Shown: positions 39,333 to 49,106, numbered from the stretch's first letter. The stretch is 64,000 nucleotides of DNA from an uncultured Bacteroidota bacterium (GCA_902614065.1 CACMJT010000005.1:37528-101527); one strand, 5' to 3'. The notes: generated by a model from the sequence alone, not told the origin. Program-made: numbers and translations.

Positions 39333-41303
39333 ATGAAAAATATTTTATACATATCCTTATTATTTTTTTCAAACCTTATACTTACTCAAGATTATCATGT
39401 AGCAAAAAACGGAGATGATTCTAATCCTGGTACTAAAGACAAGCCTTTTTTAACAATATCAAAAGCTGCAAAAATTGCATTACCAGGATCCGTTATAACT
39501 GTACACAAAGGTATCTACCGAGAAAGGATTGACCCATCATATGGTGGTACAAGTAATACCAAAAGAATAGTATATCAAGCCGCAGAAGATGAAGAAGTAT
39601 GGATAAAAGGCTCTGAAATAATAAAGGGTTGGAAAAAATATGAAGGAAATATTTGGATGGTTGAAATAGACAATCAAATATTTGGAGACTTTAACCCGTA
39701 TCAAGAAATCGTAGAAGGAGATTGGTTAATAAATGACTATGGAAGAGATCATCATTTGGGTGAAGTATACTTAAACGGAAATGCGTTATATGAAAATGAT
39801 TCAGTGCAAAAACTTATGGAAGAAAAACCAATGAAGAGGGCAAAAGATCAAGAGGCTTCCAAATACCAATGGTATTGTAAAAGTGATGATGAAAAGACCA
39901 TTATCTATGCAAACTTTAAGGGTCTAAATCCAAATGTAGAGACCGTTGAAATAAATGTTAGACCAGCAGTTTTTTTTCCAAAAAAAACTGGAGTCAACTA
40001 TATTACTGTTCGTGGATTTAAAATGGCTCATGCTGCCACTCAATGGTCGCCACCTACTGCAGAACAAGTTGGATTAATCGGTCCCTATTGGAGCAAAGGA
40101 TGGATTATTGAAAACAACTTCATAACAGACTCTAAGTGTACTGGAATAAGTGTAGGAAAAGAAAGAGCCAGTGGACATAATGAGTGGACAAATTTAAAGG
40201 TTAAGCACGGTACACAAAGAGAACGAGATGTTGTTTTTAAGGCCCTTGAACTGGGTTGGTCTATGGAAACAATTGGATCACATATAATAAGAAATAATAC
40301 GATTACAAACTGTGAACAAACTGGAATTAGTGGACATTTAGGTGGAATCGCTACTAAAATATACAACAACCATATTTATAACATTCATGTAAAGAAGCAA
40401 TTTTTTGGATATGAAACAGGCGGTATAAAACTGCATGCTCCAATTGATGCTCTTATTAAAAATAATTTAATACATGATAATTACAGAGGAATTTGGCTTG
40501 ATTGGCAATCTCAAGGAACTCGAGTTTCTGGAAATGTTTTTTATAATAATGAGCAAGAGGACTTTTTCAATGAGGTCAACCATGGACCAATGATTGTTGA
40601 CAATAATATCATGTTGTCGGAAACCTCAATATTAAATGCTTCTCAGGGTACTGCTCATATGCATAATTTGATAACAGGAAAAATTATACTCAGACCTGTT
40701 CCAAATAGATTTACCCCTTACCACTTTGCTCATTCAACAAGTGTTAAGGGACTAATGACTATACTAACAGGTGACGATAGATATTTTAATAACATTCTAA
40801 CTTTCAATCATAATCTAAAACCATATCGGGGGCCATCATATGATAAAGTTCATGCGGGACTAGATGCATATAATGAACACCCTTTGTCAACAGACTATTG
40901 GTATAAAGGAAACAGACCTGATGATTACGCGAACCATAAACTTCCAGTTTATATTGCATCAAACTTATATTATAACAAGGCTCTTCCTTTTAATAGAGAA
41001 ATGTTTAGTTTAGAAAGGAGAACTTATTCTCCTAAAATCTCCATTGAAAGAGAGGGTAAAGCATTGTTTATAAACCTAGAAATTGATAATAGTTTCAAAG
41101 AAATGAATACTGAACTTATAACAACTAAAGTGATGGGTACTGCTTTTCAATCCGAAGAAGCATTTGAAAACAATGACTCTTCACCAATATCGATAGATGT
41201 TGATATTAATGGTCAAAACAGAAATTATAACCCAACTGTTGGGCCTTTTGAAAGATTAAAAAAGGGTAAAAATCGAATAAAAATTTTCACATTTAATCAT
41301 TAA
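39333..41303 (+). CDS. secreted right-handed parallel beta-helix protein (candidate glycan-active enzyme, family unassigned)
   Basis: Signal peptide; 'YHVAKNGDDSNPGTKDKPFLTISKAA' cap; PbH1-like turns 'NNFITDSKCTGISV','NNTITNCEQTGISG','NNLIHDNYRGIWLD','GNVFYNN'. Confidence 0.65.
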   Translation: MKNILYISLLFFSNLILTQDYHVAKNGDDSNPGTKDKPFLTISKAAKIALPGSVITVHKGIYRERIDPSYGGTSNTKRIVYQAAEDEEVWIKGSEIIKGWKKYEGNIWMVEIDNQIFGDFNPYQEIVEGDWLINDYGRDHHLGEVYLNGNALYENDSVQKLMEEKPMKRAKDQEASKYQWYCKSDDEKTIIYANFKGLNPNVETVEINVRPAVFFPKKTGVNYITVRGFKMAHAATQWSPPTAEQVGLIGPYWSKGWIIENNFITDSKCTGISVGKERASGHNEWTNLKVKHGTQRERDVVFKALELGWSMETIGSHIIRNNTITNCEQTGISGHLGGIATKIYNNHIYNIHVKKQFFGYETGGIKLHAPIDALIKNNLIHDNYRGIWLDWQSQGTRVSGNVFYNNEQEDFFNEVNHGPMIVDNNIMLSETSILNASQGTAHMHNLITGKIILRPVPNRFTPYHFAHSTSVKGLMTILTGDDRYFNNILTFNHNLKPYRGPSYDKVHAGLDAYNEHPLSTDYWYKGNRPDDYANHKLPVYIASNLYYNKALPFNREMFSLERRTYSPKISIEREGKALFINLEIDNSFKEMNTELITTKVMGTAFQSEEAFENNDSSPISIDVDINGQNRNYNPTVGPFERLKKGKNRIKIFTFNH

Positions 41304-41306
41304 AAA

Positions 41307-43355
41307 ATGAAAAAACTAATTCTATTATTACTTATACCAATACTTTCTGTTGGTCAAATAATTAAGGAAGGTTCCAGACAAATACATTTGGATTTTCACA
41401 CATCGGGTTTGATTGAAAATATTGGTGAAAACTTTTCAAAAGAACAGTTTAAAAAAGCTTTGAAAATTGGTAATGTAAATTCAATAAATATTTTTGGCAA
41501 AGGTCACCATGGCTACTCATACTACAACACCAAGATAGGAACCAGACATCCACATCTAAAGTTTGATTTACTTAAAGAACAAATTGAGGCTTGTCATGAA
41601 ATGGGTGTGACAGCACAGGTGTATTTTACTGTTGGATGGTCACAAAAAGATGCAGATGATCATCCTGAATGGATATTAAAAGATAAAAACGGAACAACAA
41701 ATAAATTAGAGGTTTTAAAAAAATTAGGGCCAAATGATAGGCTTCCCAATTTCACATGGCGACTGTTAGCGCCCAGCAATGGTTATGATGAATTTATATT
41801 GAAACAGGTTGAAGAAATATGTATGAATTATGATATTGATGGCTTTTGGTTTGACATATTACAAGCATTTCCCAACTACAGCGAGGCAAATAAAAAGCTA
41901 ATGATTGAAGATGGGATTGATATCAATGATGATAAAGCAGTTTTAACTTATTCTATCAATCAAATGAAATCATTTATGGAAAGATGTAATAAACTTATTC
42001 ATAGTCACAAGCCCAATATTCCAATTTATTATAATGGGATTACTAAAATTACTGGTAGTCCTTACGCAATGAATAATTTGAAATACAATTTATTTGATTA
42101 CAACACGAAACAAGATTTAGAAGACCTCCCCACGACATGGGACGGTTATGATATTTTCCCTTTCAGGTCAAAGTTCTTTGCTTCAGATGGCAAACAAATA
42201 GTTGCAATGAGTGGTAAATTTCATTCAGCTTGGGGGGAGTTTGGTGGGTTTAAACACAGAGATGCTCTATTGTATGAAGCTGCATCGATGGTTGCTTTTG
42301 GAGCTAATGTTAATATTGGTGATCAACTACATCCATCTGGATTAATGGATATGGATACTTATAAAAATATTGGTTATGCTTTCGATTATGTCGAAAAGAT
42401 TGAGGATTATGGTATTGGTGGAAAACACGTTTCTAGAATTGGTTACTACAGCCCTCTAAATGCAAGAAGTGGGGAAGGAACTGCAAGAATGCTGCTAGAA
42501 AATCAAGTAAATTTTAATGTAATCAATAGAATGGATGATTGGTCACAACTAGAAACAATTATAATTCCGTCAGCCACTCAATTAAATCAAAAAATTGTTA
42601 ATCGATTGAATTCGTTTACTGAGCGAGGAGGAAAACTTTTAATTATGGGGAAATCAATTCTAAAATCTAATAAAGATTTATGGTTTGACATTGGCGCTGA
42701 GTATTTGGGCCAACCTAATTTTGACATAGATTACACAGTAATTAGTAAAAAACTTGAAAATGAAAATCTGGTTGAAAGCCCTTTCTTAAATTACAATGCA
42801 GCTCTTCGTTTCAAAGCTAATGATGCAGAAATATTAGCATCCATTAAGGAACCTTATTTTAGTAGGACTCCATCAAGCTTTTCTTCTCATCAAAATACTC
42901 CAAACAAATTAGAAAATTCTGAGCATACTGCTGTTTTTCAGAAAAACAATATTATATATGTGGCGCATAATTTAGATATTATGTATTTCAGTTCTGGAGC
43001 GAGAATTCATAGAGATTTATTCAAAAGTATTCTAGACTTGATACATACAAATCCAATGGTAAGTACCAATTTACAAAGCTCTGGAAGGATCAATTTGTTA
43101 CATCAACCTGAACATAACAGATATGTGGCTCACTTATTATATGCAACTCCTATTCAAAGAGGAAGAGCACAAGTCATAGAAGACTTAGTGCCAATATATA
43201 ATACAACCGTTGAGCTGAATATAGAGGAGAATATAAAAAAAGTATACTCAGTTCCCGGCTACAAAAAACTAAAGGTTAAGAAAATTAATGGGAAAAGTTA
43301 TGTAAGCATCCCCGAATTTAAAGCTCATGTAGCAGTGGTTGTAGAGTACCAATAA
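41307..43355 (+). CDS. GHL6-type putative glycoside hydrolase with a C-terminal region resembling the beta-galactosidase trimerisation domain
   Basis: Signal peptide; 'QIHLDFHTS...GHHGYSYYNTKIGTRHPHLKFDLLKEQIEACHEMG' matches my recollection of the hypothetical glycosyl hydrolase 6 family. Confidence 0.55.
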   Translation: MKKLILLLLIPILSVGQIIKEGSRQIHLDFHTSGLIENIGENFSKEQFKKALKIGNVNSINIFGKGHHGYSYYNTKIGTRHPHLKFDLLKEQIEACHEMGVTAQVYFTVGWSQKDADDHPEWILKDKNGTTNKLEVLKKLGPNDRLPNFTWRLLAPSNGYDEFILKQVEEICMNYDIDGFWFDILQAFPNYSEANKKLMIEDGIDINDDKAVLTYSINQMKSFMERCNKLIHSHKPNIPIYYNGITKITGSPYAMNNLKYNLFDYNTKQDLEDLPTTWDGYDIFPFRSKFFASDGKQIVAMSGKFHSAWGEFGGFKHRDALLYEAASMVAFGANVNIGDQLHPSGLMDMDTYKNIGYAFDYVEKIEDYGIGGKHVSRIGYYSPLNARSGEGTARMLLENQVNFNVINRMDDWSQLETIIIPSATQLNQKIVNRLNSFTERGGKLLIMGKSILKSNKDLWFDIGAEYLGQPNFDIDYTVISKKLENENLVESPFLNYNAALRFKANDAEILASIKEPYFSRTPSSFSSHQNTPNKLENSEHTAVFQKNNIIYVAHNLDIMYFSSGARIHRDLFKSILDLIHTNPMVSTNLQSSGRINLLHQPEHNRYVAHLLYATPIQRGRAQVIEDLVPIYNTTVELNIEENIKKVYSVPGYKKLKVKKINGKSYVSIPEFKAHVAVVVEYQ

Positions 43356-44869
43356 TGAAAGTTATATTAGGAATATTCAACCTTTTTATTTGCTTTTTAG
43401 TTTTCTGTCAAACTGAAAAAAGACCTAATATTTTATTTATAATTTCTGACGATCAGGATGCTGAAACCCTTGACTTTTATGGGGATAAATCATGCGATAC
43501 ACCAGTAATTGACAAGTTATCAAAAGATGGAATCTCTCTAACTTCAGCCTATCACATGGGTTCTTATAGGGCAGCTGTCTGCACTCCATCTAGAATTATG
43601 CTTATGACGGGAAGAAACCTTTGGGAGACTCAAGGTTTCAATGTTAATTACCCGCCTTTAAATTATGTACACGATGTTGAAAAAAACTATAAAAAAATTG
43701 ATTCATTAGACCCATCGTACCACAGTTTGCCATCTGTTTTTAAAAGGAATGGGTATTATACATTTAGAACCTCGAAAAGAGGAAATAGTTATGAAGGCGC
43801 AAACTTATTATTTGATGAAAGGTATGATAAGACCAATCGTGAAAACAATGACATAGATGGAAACAAATGGCATGCTGATAAGGTTATCGAATATTTTGAA
43901 AAACGAAAAACAGAACTAAACAAAAAACCATTCATGGTATTTTTAGGATTTTCACACCCGCATGATCCAAGAAGAGGGAAAAAAAAACTATTAGAAAAAT
44001 ACGGAGCATCTAATCCTGATCCTCCAAAAAAAATTAATTCTAAATCACCCGCTGTTCCAGTTAATTATTTACCATCACATCCCTTTCCTTACGGAGACCC
44101 GGATATTAGAGACGAAAATTCTGTTGAGGGTGTATATTTAAGCAGATCTGAATTAACCATTCGTAATGAGAAAGGAAAAGACTTTGCTTGCATTGAAGAT
44201 ATGGATTTTCAAATTGGTAGAGTGCTTGAAGCTCTAAAAGAGTCTGGGGAATATGAAAATACATATATATTTTTTACGTCTGATCATGGTATTGCAATTG
44301 GGAAACATGGGTTGATGGGCAAACAAAATCTTTATGAACACAGCTGGAAAATACCATTCGTTGTTTCAGGTCCTGAAATCAAAAAAAATACAGAAGCAAA
44401 AGGAAATATTTATTTGCTTGATGTTTTGCCAACTCTTTGTGAAATTGCTGGCATCACAATTCCAGAAACTGTTGATGGCATAAGTTTTAATAAAGTTTTG
44501 ACAGGAAATAAGAAGAAGGTTAGAAATGTATTATATGGTGCATATTCAGGTGGTTTCAAACCAGGCATGAGATCAATCAAAAAGGGAAGCTGGAAATTAA
44601 TTAAATATGATGTTATGGATGGATCTTTTACAATGCCAAGAAAAGTACAGGTAAATCAACTTTTTAATTTAAATAAAAACCCAAATGAACTTTTGATCGA
44701 ACACCAAAATGAAGATGTCATTGCAATTACCAAAAATATACCGAAGAAAAATCAAATTAACCTAGCCGAAAATCCAAAGTATAAATCCAGATTGCAAAAA
44801 ATGGAAAAATTACTATTCTCTGAAATGAAAAAGGTTGGTGACCCATTTAAGTTTTGGAATCAAAAGTGA
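43355..44869 (+). CDS. Cys-type sulfatase (S1 family)
   Basis: Signal peptide; 'ILFIISDDQD' metal site; formylglycine motif 'CTPSRIMLMTGR'; 'TSDHG'; ATG overlaps the upstream stop (TAATG). Confidence 0.88.
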   Translation: MKVILGIFNLFICFLVFCQTEKRPNILFIISDDQDAETLDFYGDKSCDTPVIDKLSKDGISLTSAYHMGSYRAAVCTPSRIMLMTGRNLWETQGFNVNYPPLNYVHDVEKNYKKIDSLDPSYHSLPSVFKRNGYYTFRTSKRGNSYEGANLLFDERYDKTNRENNDIDGNKWHADKVIEYFEKRKTELNKKPFMVFLGFSHPHDPRRGKKKLLEKYGASNPDPPKKINSKSPAVPVNYLPSHPFPYGDPDIRDENSVEGVYLSRSELTIRNEKGKDFACIEDMDFQIGRVLEALKESGEYENTYIFFTSDHGIAIGKHGLMGKQNLYEHSWKIPFVVSGPEIKKNTEAKGNIYLLDVLPTLCEIAGITIPETVDGISFNKVLTGNKKKVRNVLYGAYSGGFKPGMRSIKKGSWKLIKYDVMDGSFTMPRKVQVNQLFNLNKNPNELLIEHQNEDVIAITKNIPKKNQINLAENPKYKSRLQKMEKLLFSEMKKVGDPFKFWNQK

Positions 44870-44894
44870 GTAATTTAAATAAACTTTGGACTGT

Positions 44895-46694
44895 ATGAAA
44901 AAACAAGCTCGGACTATTATTAAAGTTACTCTATCGTTTTTGACCTTTGCGTTATTAATTTCCTGTTCAAAATCTATAAATGAAAAACCAAATATTATAA
45001 TTGTCATGACTGATGATCAAGGTTATGGAGATCTCGGTTTTAATGGTAATGAAATAATTAAAACCCCAAACCTTGATCAATTTGCATCAGAGTCAATGAA
45101 TTTTACCAATTATCATGTAGGCACTACATGTTCTCCTACTAGAGCAGGATTTATAACTGGGAGAAATTGTTTAAGAAATGGTGTTTGGCACACCAATGCA
45201 GGTTGCTCACTACTTAATCAGGACGAAGTTACAATGGGTGATGTTTTCTTGGATGCTGGTTATGAAACAGGATTATTTGGAAAATGGCACTTGGGAGATA
45301 ACTACTCTTTTTTACCAGAGCAAAGAGGTTTTAAAGAGACATTTTATCACAAGGGCGGGGGTGTTGGTCAAACACCAGATTATTGGAATAATAACTACCA
45401 GGATGATATTTACTTTAGAAACGGTGAGCCAGAGCAGAGTAAAGGATATTGCACTGATGTTTTTTTTGATGAGGCTATTTCATTTATAAATAAAAACAAA
45501 GAAAATCCCTTTTTATGTTTTTTGAGTCTTAATGCTCCACATAGTCCGTTTAATGTTCCTAAAGAATATTACGAATTGTATGAAAATGAAAGTGATTTAT
45601 TGGAAAGCCAAAAAAGATTTTATGGAATGATCACTAACATTGATGACAACTTTGGTAGACTACATCAACACGTAGAAAATTTAGGAATATTAGATAATAC
45701 AATAATAATATTTACAACTGATAATGGGACTTCAAATGGTTATAAGTATTCTAGAAAAGACAAAAAATGGTTAGGGTTCAATGCGGGAATGAGAGGCACC
45801 AAAACAAGTGAATATGATGGAGGTCACCGCGTTCCATTTATAATAAAATGGAAAAAAGGAGGTCTCTTTGGTGGTCATAACTACTCTGGATTGTCAGCTC
45901 ATGTTGATATGCTGCCAACATTGCTAAGTTTTGCAAAAATTGCTTTCAATTTCACAAAAAAGATTGATGGAGCTGACCTAAGCAAGCACGTAATGAACAA
46001 AAGTGAAGCAGATAGGATGTTGGTTACTGATACTCAAAGAAATTTATGGCCAGAAAAAGGAAAGAAAAGCTGCGTCATGTATGGGAATTGGAGATTGGTT
46101 AATGGGAATGAACTATATAACATAGAGACAGATCCTGGACAGAAAAATAATATTATAAACGAAAACAAAGATATTGCAAATGAAATGCAAAAATTTTATG
46201 AGGATTGGTGGGAAGATGCCTCTAAAGAATTTAAATATTCATACATTGATATATATCCAAATATTACGAATACAATAACTGCTCACGATGTTCAAGTAAA
46301 TTCAATTACAGCTTGGGATCAGTCTGTAATTAGAAAAGGTATTCCGTATGAGTTAGGAAAATTCAACGTTGATTTCAAAAAATCAGGTGAATATAAGATA
46401 ACCTTAAGACGCTGGCCAAAAGAAAGTAATTTAAATTTAAGAGATAGCATTGATGACTATATTCCTGCAAAAAAATACTGGGACCAACAATCTAGTGGCA
46501 AAAGTATGAAAATTGTATCTGCATATATTAAAATAGGAGATAAAGAATATAAAGTTGATTTGTCTGATAACCTAAAAACTGCTTCTGTCAATATTGATAT
46601 AAGCTCAGGCAAAACATCTCTAGAGCCTGGTTTTATTTTAGATAATGGTGATACTTCGATCGCCTTTTACACAGACATAGATTTTTTATTTTAG
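44895..46694 (+). CDS. Cys-type arylsulfatase-like lipoprotein (S1 family) with ~150-aa C-terminal extension
   Basis: Lipobox 'ALLISC'; 'IIIVMTDDQGYGD'; formylglycine motif 'CSPTRAGFITGR'; 'GKWHLG','TTDNG'; start trimmed from TTG 44886 to ATG 44895. Confidence 0.88.
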   Translation: MKKQARTIIKVTLSFLTFALLISCSKSINEKPNIIIVMTDDQGYGDLGFNGNEIIKTPNLDQFASESMNFTNYHVGTTCSPTRAGFITGRNCLRNGVWHTNAGCSLLNQDEVTMGDVFLDAGYETGLFGKWHLGDNYSFLPEQRGFKETFYHKGGGVGQTPDYWNNNYQDDIYFRNGEPEQSKGYCTDVFFDEAISFINKNKENPFLCFLSLNAPHSPFNVPKEYYELYENESDLLESQKRFYGMITNIDDNFGRLHQHVENLGILDNTIIIFTTDNGTSNGYKYSRKDKKWLGFNAGMRGTKTSEYDGGHRVPFIIKWKKGGLFGGHNYSGLSAHVDMLPTLLSFAKIAFNFTKKIDGADLSKHVMNKSEADRMLVTDTQRNLWPEKGKKSCVMYGNWRLVNGNELYNIETDPGQKNNIINENKDIANEMQKFYEDWWEDASKEFKYSYIDIYPNITNTITAHDVQVNSITAWDQSVIRKGIPYELGKFNVDFKKSGEYKITLRRWPKESNLNLRDSIDDYIPAKKYWDQQSSGKSMKIVSAYIKIGDKEYKVDLSDNLKTASVNIDISSGKTSLEPGFILDNGDTSIAFYTDIDFLF

Positions 46695-46903
46695 TAATCC
46701 ATTTTTAACAAAAAATGATTATCTTGAAATTTCCACTTAATTTTTATGAGACTAAGTAAGAGAGACAAAGCATTAACAAGAATTGAGATTCCGGTGGTTC
46801 ACTCAATATACTTTCGTGGTAAAAGATATAAGTATAGCGATTACTTAAAAATTAAAGGAGAAGTAAATAAAAACGAACTTCTGCCTTTCTAGAAATAAGA
46901 GGT

Positions 46904-47086
46904 TTATTTATTACTAATTATCAAGATTAGACCTGAATTAATCAATACCAAAGAAACGGTCCCAATTAAAAACCAATCCCTGGATTCGTATTTATACATT
47001 ATTGCTTCACCAAAAACACACAAACCCGAGCTGAACAACATTATACCTAAAAATGCTAGCAGGTTTTTTTTAAGATTTGGTTTCAT
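46904..47086 (-). CDS. small two-TM membrane protein
   Basis: 60-aa ORF with two hydrophobic helices; no homology recognised. Confidence 0.3.
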   Translation of the reverse strand: MKPNLKKNLLAFLGIMLFSSGLCVFGEAIMYKYESRDWFLIGTVSLVLINSGLILIISNK

Positions 47087-47125
47087 AAATAAATATTCTT
47101 AATCTCTTAAATTTACATTAAATCT

Positions 47126-47779
47126 ATGAAAAGAACTGTTGCTTTATTTGGATCAACCGGACTAATTGGGGGTGAAATTTTAAAACTATTAATTGATGAC
47201 GATCATTATGAGGCAATAAATGTAATCACTAGGAAAAAAGTTAATGTAAAATCAAAAAAAATTAAAAATTACATCATTGATTTTTCTAATCCTGAAGACT
47301 ATAAAAAAGTTATAAAAAAAGGGAATATAATCATTGCATCAATTGGAACAACTCAATCAAAAGTAAACTTTAATAAAACCGAATATAGAAAAGTTGATTA
47401 TGATATTCTTTTAAATATAGCTAAGGCTTGTAAAACTAACCAAGCGTCTTCTTTTTGTTTTGTTTCATCTGCTGGTGCGAATGAAAAAAGTAAAAACTTT
47501 TATTTAGGGCTTAAAGGCGAGATTGAAAATTCAATTATGCAGCTTGGTTTAAAAACTTGCTTAATTTTCAGACCATCTCTTCTTCTTGGAAAAAGAAATG
47601 AGTTTAGATTTGGTGAAATTATAGCTCAAAAATTTATGCCTATATTCTCTTTTTTAATGAAATCTGAATATAAACCGATTAAAGCAGTTGATGTTGCTAA
47701 GTCTATAGTAAATGAATGTAAAAAGATTGTTTCAGGGAATAAAATTTATCATTACTCTGAGATCAAAAATTTGAATTAA
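47126..47779 (+). CDS. NAD(P)H-binding atypical SDR (HTATIP2/NmrA-like)
   Basis: N-terminal Rossmann motif 'LFGSTGLIGGEIL'; 217 aa. Confidence 0.6.
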   Translation: MKRTVALFGSTGLIGGEILKLLIDDDHYEAINVITRKKVNVKSKKIKNYIIDFSNPEDYKKVIKKGNIIIASIGTTQSKVNFNKTEYRKVDYDILLNIAKACKTNQASSFCFVSSAGANEKSKNFYLGLKGEIENSIMQLGLKTCLIFRPSLLLGKRNEFRFGEIIAQKFMPIFSFLMKSEYKPIKAVDVAKSIVNECKKIVSGNKIYHYSEIKNLN

Positions 47780-47836
47780 AATTCTTAACTGATTAGTTTA
47801 AAGTGATAAATGAAAGTTTAATTCTTTAAAAGAAAA

Positions 47837-48466
47837 TTAATAAATCTTCTTCTCTTTAAATTCATATTCTGATTCCATACTTTCAAAATGTTTTTTTATT
47901 TTTTTTGAAAATCTACTATCAGATAAGTTTTTGAGCTTGTGACTAGTTTCCCACATTTCTATTAGATTTTGGTTGTTTTTTGAATAGTAAAAAACAACTG
48001 ACATCTCGAAAGTATTAAAACCACTAAAATAATATGTCCTAGATAATCCTTTAGGGTTTTTTTTATTAAACTCTTCCTCACTCATAGGCTGCATTTGATT
48101 TCGATGTGGCACAAATGATTTTTTATATGACTCATAGAAATAATTTTTTTCAGTGGGTGTTTTACTGTCAGGAATTCCTTCATAATTTGAAGTAGTTCGA
48201 ACACCACCAGCTGTAAAATTTTTACCACTAACTGTCTTAAATTCAATTTTTGATATTGGAGTACCGTTACTTAGAGACATCGATACAGCAGAAGGTCCAA
48301 AAAAAGATTCAACTTGTTCCTTAGTTTGAAAATGGTCAACAAAATGCTTCCACGTTTTAAATGATTCTATATATTTAATTTTAGCTTTATTAGAGTCAAA
48401 ATTAGTTTGGGCTAAAATTGAGAAACAGGATAAGAAAAGAAAAACTGCAAAAAATTTTTTAAACAT
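47837..48466 (-). CDS. secreted hypothetical protein
   Basis: Signal peptide 'FLFLSCFSILAQ'; no motif recognised. Confidence 0.45.
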   Translation of the reverse strand: MFKKFFAVFLFLSCFSILAQTNFDSNKAKIKYIESFKTWKHFVDHFQTKEQVESFFGPSAVSMSLSNGTPISKIEFKTVSGKNFTAGGVRTTSNYEGIPDSKTPTEKNYFYESYKKSFVPHRNQMQPMSEEEFNKKNPKGLSRTYYFSGFNTFEMSVVFYYSKNNQNLIEMWETSHKLKNLSDSRFSKKIKKHFESMESEYEFKEKKIY

Positions 48467-48512
48467 ATTAAGTATAAATATCTATATCATAAGTACTTAT
48501 AATATAATTTAT

Positions 48513-48520
48513 TAGATTTG
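48513..48520 (+). promoter_or_regulatory. candidate sigma-A -7 box (TAnnTTTG)
   Basis: Exact TAGATTTG 16 nt upstream of the ATG at 48537. Confidence 0.35.
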
Positions 48521-48536
48521 TACAAAACCAAAATTA

Positions 48537-49106
48537 ATGAAAAAAACACTCCTAATAAAAAGAATTTTACTTCTCTTAATTATTTTTCCAGTATTATTAA
48601 CTGCACAATATTCAAAGAAAGAATTAAAAAAGAAAGAAAAATGGTTGAAAAAATTAGAGCTTAGAATTGTAAATCGTGGTGTTGACTTAAATGAAACATT
48701 TGTGTTCTTTGTTGATAGAGAGTTAAGTGAAACTGCTGCTGAAAAAATTGCTAATCTTGTTATAGGTGGTTACAACGAAAACTGGGATTTTGTTATTTCT
48801 GAGTTTGAAAACGCAATGTTTGTTGCCGGGTTAGATGTTGGAACTTATGAATTTAAAGAAATAGAAAAAGGATCAAAAAATAATGCTGCGATTGCTGGGA
48901 ACTTAATTGTTAATGGAAGGTATTTATTTGAGTTTGATAGAGCAATAGAAAGGTATGTTAAGGTTGCAATCAAAGATGTTTCTAATAATATGAAAACAGT
49001 TGCAACAATATCATTTAGAAATAATATTGGTCTAGGAAATTATATGATAAGGGAAACTATCATTATTGAGCATGTAATTTCAGAATTTATTAAATCAAAT
49101 TCTTGA
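48537..49106 (+). CDS. secreted hypothetical protein
   Basis: Signal peptide 'LLLIIFPVLLTAQ'; no motif recognised. Confidence 0.45.
   Translation: MKKTLLIKRILLLLIIFPVLLTAQYSKKELKKKEKWLKKLELRIVNRGVDLNETFVFFVDRELSETAAEKIANLVIGGYNENWDFVISEFENAMFVAGLDVGTYEFKEIEKGSKNNAAIAGNLIVNGRYLFEFDRAIERYVKVAIKDVSNNMKTVATISFRNNIGLGNYMIRETIIIEHVISEFIKSNS

Noticed and set aside
45178-45489. 103-aa alternate-frame ORF within the second sulfatase gene
   Set aside because: It is out of frame with a sulfatase that has all catalytic motifs across this stretch.
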